A DNA stretch of 64,000 bases from Planctomycetota bacterium. GTDB taxonomy: Bacteria > Planctomycetota > UBA1135 > UBA2386. Location of the stretch: contig OZ245838.1 in the NCBI GenBank assembly GCA_965228735.1, positions 6,976,001 to 7,040,000 of the forward strand, read 5' to 3'. A program made the position numbers and the translations under genes. The notes beneath the pieces are model-generated. The model ran no database searches and was not told where the DNA came from. It worked only from the letters and a program-made list of their open reading frames with translations. Shown piece by piece: positions 1-8,799 of this stretch (position 1 is the first letter of the stretch; each line of letters opens with the position of its first letter).

Positions 1-124
1 CGGCGACCCAGAGGTACGCGACGCCGTCGCGACCCGGCACCGGCGTGATCAGGCAGCCGTAGGCGCGCAGCAGGGCCGCGAGCAGCAGCAAGGGCCAGGG
101 GGTGAGCCGGAGCAGGCGGAGCAC
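1..124 (-). CDS. N-terminus of a membrane protein, possibly a GT-C/ArnT-PMT-like glycosyltransferase (runs off the window edge)
   Basis: Hand translation from GTG at 124: MLRLLRLTPWPLLLLAALLRAYGCLITPVPGRDGVAYLWVA. A hydrophobic helix followed by a DxxxY motif resembles the first loop of GT-C enzymes. Confidence 0.5.
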   Translation of the reverse strand, partial: MLRLLRLTPWPLLLLAALLRAYGCLITPVPGRDGVAYLWVA

Positions 125-178
125 CCCGAGAGCGTTGGTGTTCCGGCGCTCGGCGGCAAGCCTGGACTGGGCGACCTA

Positions 179-216
179 GTCGGCTCGATCGGGTCGGCTC
201 GATCGGGTCAGCTCGA
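179..216. repeat. 14-bp tandem repeat GTCGGCTCGATCGG, about 2.7 copies
   Basis: Exact copies at 179-192 and 193-206, partial copy GTCAGCTCGA at 207-216. Confidence 0.85.
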
Positions 217-333
217 GAGGCCGACGCGGCTCGACGCCGCGCTCCGCACCTGGTGTCGGCGGCGGAGTCGGCTCAGGATCAGCACGAGCGAACCCGCGAG
301 GAGCAGGAGCCAGAGGTCGGGGGCGTCGGACAT
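208..333 (-). CDS. Putative 41-aa single-pass membrane peptide
   Basis: ATG(333)..TGA(208): MSDAPDLWLLLLAGSLVLILSRLRRRHQVRSAASSRVGLSS. Hydrophobic stretch followed by a basic cluster; too short for the ORF track. Confidence 0.4.
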   Translation of the reverse strand: MSDAPDLWLLLLAGSLVLILSRLRRRHQVRSAASSRVGLSS

Positions 334-423
334 GCGGGTTCGGCTCTACGAGCGCCAGAACCATGTCCGATCGGACACAACGCGACGGGAAAGCCGGATC
401 AAGAAGCGATGAAGTCGGCTGCG

Positions 424-2079
424 TCAGTCCGCGGCGGCTGGGCCGAGCCAGTCCACGAGTTCGAACAGGCGGTCGACGGTCGCGCGGTTCGTCGCCGCTG
501 CGCGTTCGTGGTAGGGCACCGTTGCGGCGTCCGCGTCGGTGATCGTTCTCGGCAGCGGGTCGTCGGCGCGCTGCTGCCAGCGTTGCCGCCATTCCTCGGG
601 CAGGTCGTGCGGCAGTTTGCGATCTGCGAGCGCGCCCCAGACCAAGGCCCAGGCGCGCGGGATCACGTGCCGCGGCCGGTAGCCGCCGCCGCCCGTCGCG
701 ACCCAGCGGCCTTCGCACCAGCGATCCGCGAGGCGGCGGCAGAGCTCGGCGTTGCGGCGCGCAACTGCGGTCGTGCACTCGAGCGTCGCGAGCGGGTCCT
801 CGCGGTGCGTGTCGCAGCCGTGCTGGCTCACGATCAGATCGGGGCGGAAGCCCGCGCCCGCGGCGGTTAGCACACGTTCGGTCACCTCGACGAACGACGC
901 GTCGGTCGTGCCGGGAGCGAGCGGGACGTTGAGCGTCTTGCCGCGCCCCTCGCCGGTGCCGATGTCCTCGACGAACCCCGTCCCTGGGTAGCGCACGCGC
1001 GGGTCTTCGTGGAACGAGATCGTCAGCGCGTTCGGGTCGCCGCGAAACACCGCCTCGACGCCGTCGCCGTGGTGCACGTCGAAGTCGACGTAGAGCACGC
1101 GTTCGGCGCCGCGATCGAACGCGCGGTGCATCGCGAGCGCGAGGTCGTTGTAGAGGCAGAAGCCGGCGGCGCGATCGGGCATCGCGTGGTGCAGGCCACC
1201 GGCCGGGTTGAACGCGGCGCGGCACATTCCGTCGAACACCGCATCCACGGCCGCAACGGTCGCGCCGGCCACGGCCGCGGCCGCGTCGTGTTGCCCCTCG
1301 GCGATCGGGTTGTCACCGGCGCCGAGGCCGTGCTGCGGCGCGAGCGCGATCGTCGCGTCGCTCGGCAGCGGCATCGAGGTCGCGATCAGGCACCGCACGT
1401 AGTCGAGGTCGTGGACCCGTGCGAGTGCGCCCGCATCGAGCGGCGCCGTCGCGAGCACGTCCGCATCGGTCATCGCGCCCGTGCGGCGCAGCAGGTCGAA
1501 CAGCGCGTGCTGGCGGTCCGGGGCGAACGGGTGGTCCGGGCCGAGGTCGTAGGTCGGCAGCGCCAGCGCGTCCACGATCCGCGCGGCCGGTCGCGCCAGC
1601 AGTTCGCGAATCGCCCGCACGACCACAGCGAGCTCCTGGGTGGCGTCGACGCGCTCCGCCGCGCCGAGCGGCTCGAACGCCGCGAGCTGGCTGTCGAGCA
1701 GACTCGCGGGAAAGAAGTGGTCTCGCCGCGCGGCGAGTCGGGCTCGCAGTTCGTCGGGCGGCACGTCGAGCTGCACGCAGCGCACCGCGAGGCCGGTCCG
1801 CAACCGTTCGCGATACGCGGCCCGCAACGCCGAGCAACCGACGACGAGCCCCGTGCCGCTCGCCGCTGCCCGTTCGAGTTCGTGCCGTACGCGATCGAGC
1901 CACGGCGCGCGTTCGGCGTCGCCCAGCGCCTCGCCCCGCCGCATGCGCTCGATCGCCGCCGCGCTGTGCAGGTCATCGGCGTCGACGAAGCGCACGTCGA
2001 GCGCATCCGCGAGCGGTCGGCCCACGGTGGTCTTGCCGCAGCCGGCGGGGCCGATCAGCAGGACGAGGGGCGATGGCAT
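424..2079 (-). CDS. Gluconokinase (GntK/IdnK)-like kinase fused to an AcuC/histone-deacetylase-family deacylase, 551 aa
   Basis: N-terminal part: GPAGCGKTT Walker A, DADDLH, CSALRAAYRERL, HFFPASLLDSQL. C-terminal part: GGLHHA, GFCLYND, DFDVHHGDG, SQHGCD, GGGGY. Confidence 0.9.
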   Translation of the reverse strand: MPSPLVLLIGPAGCGKTTVGRPLADALDVRFVDADDLHSAAAIERMRRGEALGDAERAPWLDRVRHELERAAASGTGLVVGCSALRAAYRERLRTGLAVRCVQLDVPPDELRARLAARRDHFFPASLLDSQLAAFEPLGAAERVDATQELAVVVRAIRELLARPAARIVDALALPTYDLGPDHPFAPDRQHALFDLLRRTGAMTDADVLATAPLDAGALARVHDLDYVRCLIATSMPLPSDATIALAPQHGLGAGDNPIAEGQHDAAAAVAGATVAAVDAVFDGMCRAAFNPAGGLHHAMPDRAAGFCLYNDLALAMHRAFDRGAERVLYVDFDVHHGDGVEAVFRGDPNALTISFHEDPRVRYPGTGFVEDIGTGEGRGKTLNVPLAPGTTDASFVEVTERVLTAAGAGFRPDLIVSQHGCDTHREDPLATLECTTAVARRNAELCRRLADRWCEGRWVATGGGGYRPRHVIPRAWALVWGALADRKLPHDLPEEWRQRWQQRADDPLPRTITDADAATVPYHERAAATNRATVDRLFELVDWLGPAAAD

Positions 2080-2206
2080 GGGCCGAACGATCCAGGCCCC
2101 CGCCCCGGATGTCATGCCGTAAATCGCCCGCCGACCGCAGTACGGTAGCGTTCGGGATTCTCTCGTTTCTGCCGGCGATCGGGTCGCCGCGCGCAAGTAC
2201 AGGCTC

Positions 2207-2845
2207 ATGACCGATCCGCACGACCTCGATGCCGCGCCCGCTGCGGCTGCCGCGGACGGGCCGACGGATCTGGTCCTCGTGCAGGCTGCGTTGCGGGGCG
2301 AGGGCGCGGCCGTGGATCGGTTGCTCGCGCGCCTCGGCTGCGTGCCACGTTTCGTGTTCCGGCTCAATCGCTCGCTCGCGACCGGGCTGCCGGTCGAGGC
2401 GCTCGAGGACGTGGTGCAGCAGGTCTACGCGGTGCTGTGGCCGCGGCTGCACGAGTTCCACGGCCGGAATCCGCTCGAGACCTGGATCTTCGGGTTCTGC
2501 CGCAATTGCCTGCGCAGCGCCGTGCGGCGCGGGCGGGTTCGCCAGGAAAGCCGGACTGCGTCGCTCGGGCCCGATCTGCTCGCGACCCTCGCCGATGCGG
2601 ATTCCGGGCCCGAGGCCAGCGTTGCCCGGCAGGAGGCGATCTTCGCGTTGCGCGACGAGCTCGACGAACTGCCGGCGGCCGAACGCGATGCCGTGACCGC
2701 GCGCCATCTCGACGGCGCGAGTTTCGAGGATCTGGCGCGCGCGTCGGGCGTCGCCGTGAGCACGATCAAGGACCGCTGCTACCGCGCGATGCAGCGACTG
2801 CAGGACCGACTCGGCCGGCGGCTGGTCGGAGGAGAACGACCATGA
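2207..2845 (+). CDS. ECF (sigma-70 group 4) sigma factor
   Basis: Region 2 LEDVVQQVY...LETWIFGFCRN; region 4 LDELPAAERDAV...SFEDLARASGVAVSTIKDRCYRAMQRL. Confidence 0.92.
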   Translation: MTDPHDLDAAPAAAAADGPTDLVLVQAALRGEGAAVDRLLARLGCVPRFVFRLNRSLATGLPVEALEDVVQQVYAVLWPRLHEFHGRNPLETWIFGFCRNCLRSAVRRGRVRQESRTASLGPDLLATLADADSGPEASVARQEAIFALRDELDELPAAERDAVTARHLDGASFEDLARASGVAVSTIKDRCYRAMQRLQDRLGRRLVGGERP

Positions 2846-3609
2846 CCGATACCGAGTTCGAAGGTCTGCTGCGCGCCCACGCGCTCGACGCGTTGCAGCC
2901 CGCAGAACGCGACCGGCTCGACGATCTCGCCGCGGCTGCGCCGGAACGCGCTGCTGCGGTCGCCGAGGTCGACGCCGTGCAACGCGTGTTCGCGGCCGAG
3001 CGGCAAGTGCGTGCCGAGGTGCTGCGCGAAGGCGCGCCGTTCGCCGACGAGTCGACGGTCGCCGGAGCCGAGGCGATGGCGCGGCTCACGGCGGCCGCGG
3101 GTGCGGCCGAGAACGAACTGCGCGCGCAGCTGCTGCGTCCACGCGCGAACGCGACCGTCGTGTCCGGCCCGGCATCGCCGTGGCCGCGCCGCCTCGGTGT
3201 CGCGGTGCTCGCGGCGGCGGCGGTGCTCGCCTTGTGGTTCGGGATCTTCGCCGGTGAGGACGGTCCGCGGCTCGATCCGCGGCGGCCCGATGATCTGCGG
3301 GCCGGTGACCGGGCCGGTCCACGGCTGCAGCTCGTCCTGCTCGAGCCGACGCTCACGCCAGAGGCGCGGACGATCGCGTGGGCTGCCGTGCCCGGCGCGA
3401 GTGGCTACGATGCGAGCATCCTCGATCGCGACGACGCGATCGTTCTCGAGCGCGATGACGAGCGCCGGGCGAGCACCCAATGGGAACTGACGACCGCAGA
3501 GTACGGCGCGCTGCTGGCCCTGCGGCCGCTGCGACTGCGCGTGACCGCGCTCGATGGCGTCGGGCTGCCGATCGGCAGCTCGGGCGACCTGGTTCTCACG
3601 TTGCGCTGA
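2842..3609 (+). CDS. Putative single-pass anti-sigma factor, 255 aa
   Basis: ATGA overlap with the sigma stop. N-terminal LLRAHALDALQPAERDRLDDL resembles RskA-like anti-sigma domains; TM LGVAVLAAAAVLALWFGIF; C-terminal beta-rich domain (IAWAAVPGASGY). Confidence 0.75.
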   Translation: MTDTEFEGLLRAHALDALQPAERDRLDDLAAAAPERAAAVAEVDAVQRVFAAERQVRAEVLREGAPFADESTVAGAEAMARLTAAAGAAENELRAQLLRPRANATVVSGPASPWPRRLGVAVLAAAAVLALWFGIFAGEDGPRLDPRRPDDLRAGDRAGPRLQLVLLEPTLTPEARTIAWAAVPGASGYDASILDRDDAIVLERDDERRASTQWELTTAEYGALLALRPLRLRVTALDGVGLPIGSSGDLVLTLR

Positions 3610-3629
3610 CCGCGCCGTTCGTCATTGCG

Positions 3630-6332
3630 ATGCTCTCCTGGCTCAGGGGGCTCAGGGGGCTCTGGGCGCTCTCGGCATTCCTGGCGCTGTGGGGGGGGGG
3701 CGGCGTGGGGCTGCGCGCGCAGGCGCAGACGCCGCCGCCGCCGCCCGACGCGGAGTTCGACGCCCGGTTCACGGCCGGGTTGCGCGCGCTCTCGGACGAA
3801 CGACTGCCGGCGGCGCGCGGCGAGTTCGTGGCGGCGCGCGAACTCGCCGACCGCGTGAGTGCGAGTCGTCGCCCGGTCGCGACGTTCGCGGCGGAGCTCA
3901 TGCTCGTCGAGGTCGTGCTGTTCGCCGGGCAGCTCGCGGACGCCGACGTGCACGAGCGATTGCTCGCGGTGATCGAGCGCGCGACCGTGAGCGGCGCGTG
4001 GTCGGCCGCGGGCGCGGAACGGTTGCGGCTGCGCGCGCTCGTGTCGCGGTGGAAGACGGGCGGCACCGAACGCTTTCGCGCCAAGTTGCCGGCGGCCGAT
4101 CGCGAGTGGCTGATGCGGGCGGACTTCTTCACCGCGGTCCCGGCGCGCCGGCTCGCGGGACTCGAGGACGCGGCGCGCGTGCTGCGCTTCCAGCTCGGTG
4201 TCGGCACCGCGCACGAACTGCGGCAGCTGCGCGAGCTCACGGCAGCCGCGATGGCGTCCTCGGATTCGGCCACCGACAGCGAGTGGAGCCGAACGATCCT
4301 CGCGACGCTGGCGCGCTATCACGGCGAACGCCGGAGCCTCGATCGGGCGCAGGTCTTCGTCGAGCGGCTGCCGGCCGACGAGTCGCGGGTGCTGCGCGCG
4401 TGGCTCCTGCTGCAGCGTGAGGATCACGACCGGGCGCTCGCGATCGCCCGGCAGCTGCAGGCGGATCACCATCCGCAGGCCGACCAGCTGCTCGGTGAGG
4501 TGCTCGAGCGCCTCGGCAGGTACGACGAGGCGTTGCAGTGCTACGGCCGCGCGCTCGCTGCCGCGGGCGGGGAAGCTGCGCGCGCCGCCGCCCTGAACGG
4601 TCGCGGGGACTGCCTGCTCGCGCTCGGCCGGCTCGGGGAGGCGAGGACTGCATACGAGTCCATCGAACGCGACCTCGGCAGCGCTGTGGCGCTCGTCTTA
4701 CCCGGCGAGTTCCCGGGCGGACCAGCCGCCGCGATCGGCTTGGCCGCCGAGTACGCCGAGACGATCAAGGACCTCGGGCGGCTCGCGGAGTTGGGCGGTG
4801 ACAACGCGGCGGCGAACGCGCGCTACATCGACGCACTGGAGTGCGGGGAGCTGCTTCGCAGCCAGCTCGTTCACGACCCGTTCGGCGCATCGTGGTTGCG
4901 CATCCACTCGGATCAGCGGACGGCGATCGACGGTGTGCTGCGGACGTGCGGCGACGAAGCGGTTGGGTGGGAGGTCGTGCACGCGCTCGAACTCGGGCGC
5001 GGCCGCGGTGCGCTCGATCTCGCGGCCCGCTCTGGCGTCGCGATCGATCGGGCCGAATTGCAGCGGCTCGTCGAACGGCTCGTGACGGCCAACGACCCGG
5101 CGGTCGTGCAGCAGGTCGCGCGCGAGCTCGAGGCGCTGCGCGTGCCGAGTCGGGCCGCCGCCGAGCGGGCAACCGTGCCGAGCGCGCACGACCTGCGACA
5201 GGCCGCGTATCGCCGGCCCGACCACGCGGTGTTGTCGTGGTGGTTCGGCGTCGACGAGGCGTGGTTGCTCGTTCTGCGCGGGGTTCGGGTGCAGTCGTTC
5301 CCTCTCGGACCCGTCGCAGCCTGCCGCGACGCGGTCGCCGCGGCGTTCCGCGCGGTGGCGACGCCGAGCGGGGATCCCGCGGGCCTCGAACGGGCCGCGA
5401 ACGTGCTGTTGCCCGCCGCGGCGCGCGAGGTGGTCGCCGGGGTCGACGTCGTGGTGGCCATCGCGGACCCCGCCATGGCGCGGCTGCCGCTGGCGGCGCT
5501 GCCCGTCGATGGGCAGCCGCTCGGCGTTCGGCACGCGCTCGTCCAGACGCCGTCGCTCGCCGTTCTCGGGCTGCTCGAAGAGCGCGGCCGCAGCGGCGCG
5601 GGCACGGTCGTCGTCGAAGCGCCGCCCACGACCGAACTCACGAACCGTCTCCGGCTCGATCCGTTGCAGTTCGCGGCGCGCGAGTGCGAGGCCGTGCGGA
5701 CGGCGCGCCGCGCGACCACGGACGGCAGCGTCGTGCATCTGCGCGGCCCTGCCGCGACGTTCGACGGCGTCGTGCGCCGCGCGCCCGACCTGCTGCACAT
5801 CGCGGCGCACGCGATCGATTGCCCGGGGCTGCCGACGCAGTCCGTGCTGCTGCTCGCGGACGGTCCGCACGCGATGGGCAGCCTCGGCAGTCTCGAGCTG
5901 CCCGGATCGCTCGTCGTGCTCAGCGCGTGTTCGGCGGCGGCCGGGGAGCAGCGCGGTGACGAGGGCGTGATCGGCCTCGTCGAAGGCCTGTTCGCGGCTG
6001 GCGCGCGCGGCGTCGTGGCGCCGGTCGCGGCCGTGAACCAGCAGGCGACCGCGGACTTCATGGCGGTGTTCCACCACGAACTCGCCGGCGGCATGTCGGC
6101 GGCGGCCGCGCTACGCGCAGCGCGAGCGCGGCTGTGGGCGAACGGCAGCGGCAACTACGCGCACCCGCACTACTGGGGAGCGTTCACGCTGTTCGGCGAC
6201 GCGCCGCTGCCACGCCCGCCGCGCGCGCCGAACGCCTGGATCGCACCGCAGTGGCTGCTCGTTCTCGGGCTCGCGCTCTTGGGCGGCTGGCTGCTACTGC
6301 CACGGCAGCAGCGCCGCGTCGGCCTGCGGTAG
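3630..6332 (+). CDS. TPR + CHAT (caspase-like) protease with signal peptide and C-terminal TM anchor, about 900 aa
   Basis: Signal-peptide-like N-terminus ending AQAQ; TPR helices (LGEVLERLGRYDEALQCYGRAL); CHAT His LLHIAAHA and Cys LVVLSACS; end motif HPHYWGAFTLFGD; TM followed by RQQRR. Confidence 0.88.
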   Translation: MLSWLRGLRGLWALSAFLALWGGGGVGLRAQAQTPPPPPDAEFDARFTAGLRALSDERLPAARGEFVAARELADRVSASRRPVATFAAELMLVEVVLFAGQLADADVHERLLAVIERATVSGAWSAAGAERLRLRALVSRWKTGGTERFRAKLPAADREWLMRADFFTAVPARRLAGLEDAARVLRFQLGVGTAHELRQLRELTAAAMASSDSATDSEWSRTILATLARYHGERRSLDRAQVFVERLPADESRVLRAWLLLQREDHDRALAIARQLQADHHPQADQLLGEVLERLGRYDEALQCYGRALAAAGGEAARAAALNGRGDCLLALGRLGEARTAYESIERDLGSAVALVLPGEFPGGPAAAIGLAAEYAETIKDLGRLAELGGDNAAANARYIDALECGELLRSQLVHDPFGASWLRIHSDQRTAIDGVLRTCGDEAVGWEVVHALELGRGRGALDLAARSGVAIDRAELQRLVERLVTANDPAVVQQVARELEALRVPSRAAAERATVPSAHDLRQAAYRRPDHAVLSWWFGVDEAWLLVLRGVRVQSFPLGPVAACRDAVAAAFRAVATPSGDPAGLERAANVLLPAAAREVVAGVDVVVAIADPAMARLPLAALPVDGQPLGVRHALVQTPSLAVLGLLEERGRSGAGTVVVEAPPTTELTNRLRLDPLQFAARECEAVRTARRATTDGSVVHLRGPAATFDGVVRRAPDLLHIAAHAIDCPGLPTQSVLLLADGPHAMGSLGSLELPGSLVVLSACSAAAGEQRGDEGVIGLVEGLFAAGARGVVAPVAAVNQQATADFMAVFHHELAGGMSAAAALRAARARLWANGSGNYAHPHYWGAFTLFGDAPLPRPPRAPNAWIAPQWLLVLGLALLGGWLLLPRQQRRVGLR
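3691..3700 (+). repeat. G10 homopolymer in the 5' part of the CHAT gene
   Basis: gggggggggg at 3691-3700, encoding part of WGGGG. Confidence 0.9.
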
Positions 6333-8033
6333 CGGCGGCGCCGTGCGCTTCTCCCAGACGACGCCTTGCGCCGACTTGTTGCCGTTGCCGCCGGGATCCG
6401 TGTGCAGCAGCAGCGGCTCGGTGCGGCGTTCGGCGCCCGCGTAGTTGGCGTTGCCGAGACCCGTGCCGAGGAACGTCAGCTGCGTCCGACCGCCGGCGGT
6501 GAGGTAGCCCGCCTGGACGAACGCGAGCGGCACCAGAGCCGGGTTGTTGAGGAAGTTCGCGGTCGTCTGCGCGCTGTCCTGCCACTGCACGGTGAAGCTC
6601 GCGAGCCGCGTCACGGGATCGATCGGCAGCAGCCGCCGGTCCCAGCGCAGCTGCTGGCCGGTGAACGGATGCTCGACCATGACCTGCAGCTCGATCTGCG
6701 GCAGCGCCGCGAGGTCCCAGCTCGCCGGCACCGCGATGTCGTAGGTCGCGCCGTACCAGCCGAACGACGCGAGGGACACGTCCTGCGTGATCGCGACGAG
6801 GCCGGGGCGCTGCGCGATGTGTTCGTGCCGCAACGTGAGCCACTGGCCGCCGTCGGGATGCTGCAGCAGCAGGTCGACGTCACCGTCGGCGTCGACGTCG
6901 GTGCTCGCGAGCTCGCACGGCGCATGATTGCCGACGTAGGCCGCCGGATCGGCCGGCCGCGTGTCCTGGATCGGGCCGGGCAGTTTGCCGCGCGTGAGCG
7001 TCTGCGTGCGCAGCAACCGGCCGTCCGCCGCGCCGAGCACGACGTCGACGGCGGGGCCGCGCGGCAGCAGCGCGGTGCCGTGCGTCGGGTGCCCCGGTGC
7101 GGCTGCGAGCCAGTGGTACTGCAGCGTGGCGGAGTCCAGCCAGCACACCAGCACGCCGGTCGGCGTCGCGATCGCGAGGGCCGCGGTCGCATCGAACGGC
7201 GCGGTCGCGAGGTCCGTCACGTTCGGCGCCGGGATCGCCGCGATCGGCACGAGGTTGCCGAGCAGGTCGTCGCGCAGGACCGCGACCCCGAGTCCGGGGA
7301 CGTGCGCGATCACGTCGCCGCTGCCGTCACCGTCGAAGTCGCAGAGCGCGACGTCGCGGACGGGCCACGGCACGTCGATGCGCGCCGAACCGATGAGCAT
7401 CGGCACGCCGAACGGCGCGTCGAGCGCGTGCCGGATGACGGCGAAGCCGGCGCTGCCGTTGTCGTGCACCACGACGATGTCGTCGCAGCCGTCACCCTCG
7501 ACGTTGCCGGTCGCCAGATCGACCGCGCCGTAGCTCGGCGGCAGCACGGTGAACGCCGCGGTCGAGAACGCGCCGCTGCCGTGCGGATCGACGCCCATCC
7601 CGAGATCGAATCCGAGTCGCAGGAGTTGTGGTGCGTTCGGGTCCGCGAGCAGGACGGTGTCCTGATCGAGCCAGGCCTGGCGCAGCGGGGCCGCGGCCGT
7701 GAAGCTGCCGCTCGCGAGTCCGGGCGCGATCGGCCAGTCGCGAAAGCGCCCCGGGCTGTGTTCGCGGCCCATCGCCACGTGCAGCGCGAGGCCGTGCCCG
7801 GCGTCACCGAGCACGATCGCGTCGGGGATCCGGTTGCCGTCGAGGTCGAGCGTCGCGACCGTCACGTCCGTCGCGATCGCCGGCTGGCCGAGCGCGTCGA
7901 CGAACGGCACGTGGGCCATCTCCGACGGGCGATCCGGGTAGGCGAGCGAACCGGTGGGCGCGGCCGGCGTGAGCGTCGGGCCCTGGGGGAGGGCGAGGCT
8001 CACGGCGCAGCCGAGGAGAACGAGACAGGTCAT
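6294..8033 (-). CDS. Secreted FG-GAP/VCBS-repeat beta-propeller protein
   Basis: Signal peptide; repeats DLDGNRIPDAIV, NVEGDGCDDIVV, DFDGDGSGDVI, DVDADGDVDLLL. Confidence 0.82.
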   Translation of the reverse strand: MTCLVLLGCAVSLALPQGPTLTPAAPTGSLAYPDRPSEMAHVPFVDALGQPAIATDVTVATLDLDGNRIPDAIVLGDAGHGLALHVAMGREHSPGRFRDWPIAPGLASGSFTAAAPLRQAWLDQDTVLLADPNAPQLLRLGFDLGMGVDPHGSGAFSTAAFTVLPPSYGAVDLATGNVEGDGCDDIVVVHDNGSAGFAVIRHALDAPFGVPMLIGSARIDVPWPVRDVALCDFDGDGSGDVIAHVPGLGVAVLRDDLLGNLVPIAAIPAPNVTDLATAPFDATAALAIATPTGVLVCWLDSATLQYHWLAAAPGHPTHGTALLPRGPAVDVVLGAADGRLLRTQTLTRGKLPGPIQDTRPADPAAYVGNHAPCELASTDVDADGDVDLLLQHPDGGQWLTLRHEHIAQRPGLVAITQDVSLASFGWYGATYDIAVPASWDLAALPQIELQVMVEHPFTGQQLRWDRRLLPIDPVTRLASFTVQWQDSAQTTANFLNNPALVPLAFVQAGYLTAGGRTQLTFLGTGLGNANYAGAERRTEPLLLHTDPGGNGNKSAQGVVWEKRTAPPLPQADAALLPWQ

Positions 8034-8261
8034 GGCTCAGGGCGGCAGGGGACCGCGAGCATAGCAGGTATTCGGATCTGCGGCCGGGCGCCGGGGGGCG
8101 GGCAAAAACCGGGCAGGAGCCGGGCCCCCTGCCAAGGTCGGTCCGACGCCTGCCCGCGGCCGGATGGACCGTCCACCCGGAACCGACGACAACCGCCGTC
8201 GGACACCGGGTGGTTGCGGGTTCGGGCCCGACCGCCGGCGGAAAACCCGGAAATCGGGGGC

Positions 8262-8750
8262 TCAGTAGCTCAGGCCGTTCTTCCGGATGTGCACCATCGG
8301 CTGGCGCGCGACGTCGCCGTCGCCGGCGACGACCTTGCCGCAGACCACGGTGTGATCGCCCCAGTCGTCGACCGCGCCGACGACCTCGCACTCGAGGTGG
8401 GCCGCGGCACCCGTCGGATACGGCACGCCCTGCGCACTCGTCGCCGTCGCGATGCCCGCGAACGCCGGCGCGCCCGGCTCGAATCCGCGCGCGAAGTGCC
8501 CCATGAGATTCTTGCTCGCCTCGTCGATCACCGTGAGGCAGAACGCGCCGCCCTGCCGAACGAGCTCTTCGATCGGGCGCCCGCGCTTCAGCGCGACCAT
8601 GACGGTGGGGGGCTCGAAGCCGACCTGTTGCACCCAGGACGCGAGCATTCCGGTCGCGCTCTTGCCCGTGCCGGCGGTGAGGACGTAGAGCCCGCTCGCG
8701 ATGCGGCCGAGGCTGCGCGCGATGGCTTCGTTGGATTCGGTGTCGGTCAT
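8262..8750 (-). CDS. Flavin reductase family protein, 162 aa
   Basis: SLGRIASGLYVLTA, MLASWVQQVGFEPP, GDHTVVCGKV, PMVHIRKNGLSY. Confidence 0.9.
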   Translation of the reverse strand: MTDTESNEAIARSLGRIASGLYVLTAGTGKSATGMLASWVQQVGFEPPTVMVALKRGRPIEELVRQGGAFCLTVIDEASKNLMGHFARGFEPGAPAFAGIATATSAQGVPYPTGAAAHLECEVVGAVDDWGDHTVVCGKVVAGDGDVARQPMVHIRKNGLSY

Positions 8751-8799
8751 CGTGTGGCCGTCATCGTGACGTGCGCAAGCGGTGCGCGCTACCAGGCAG

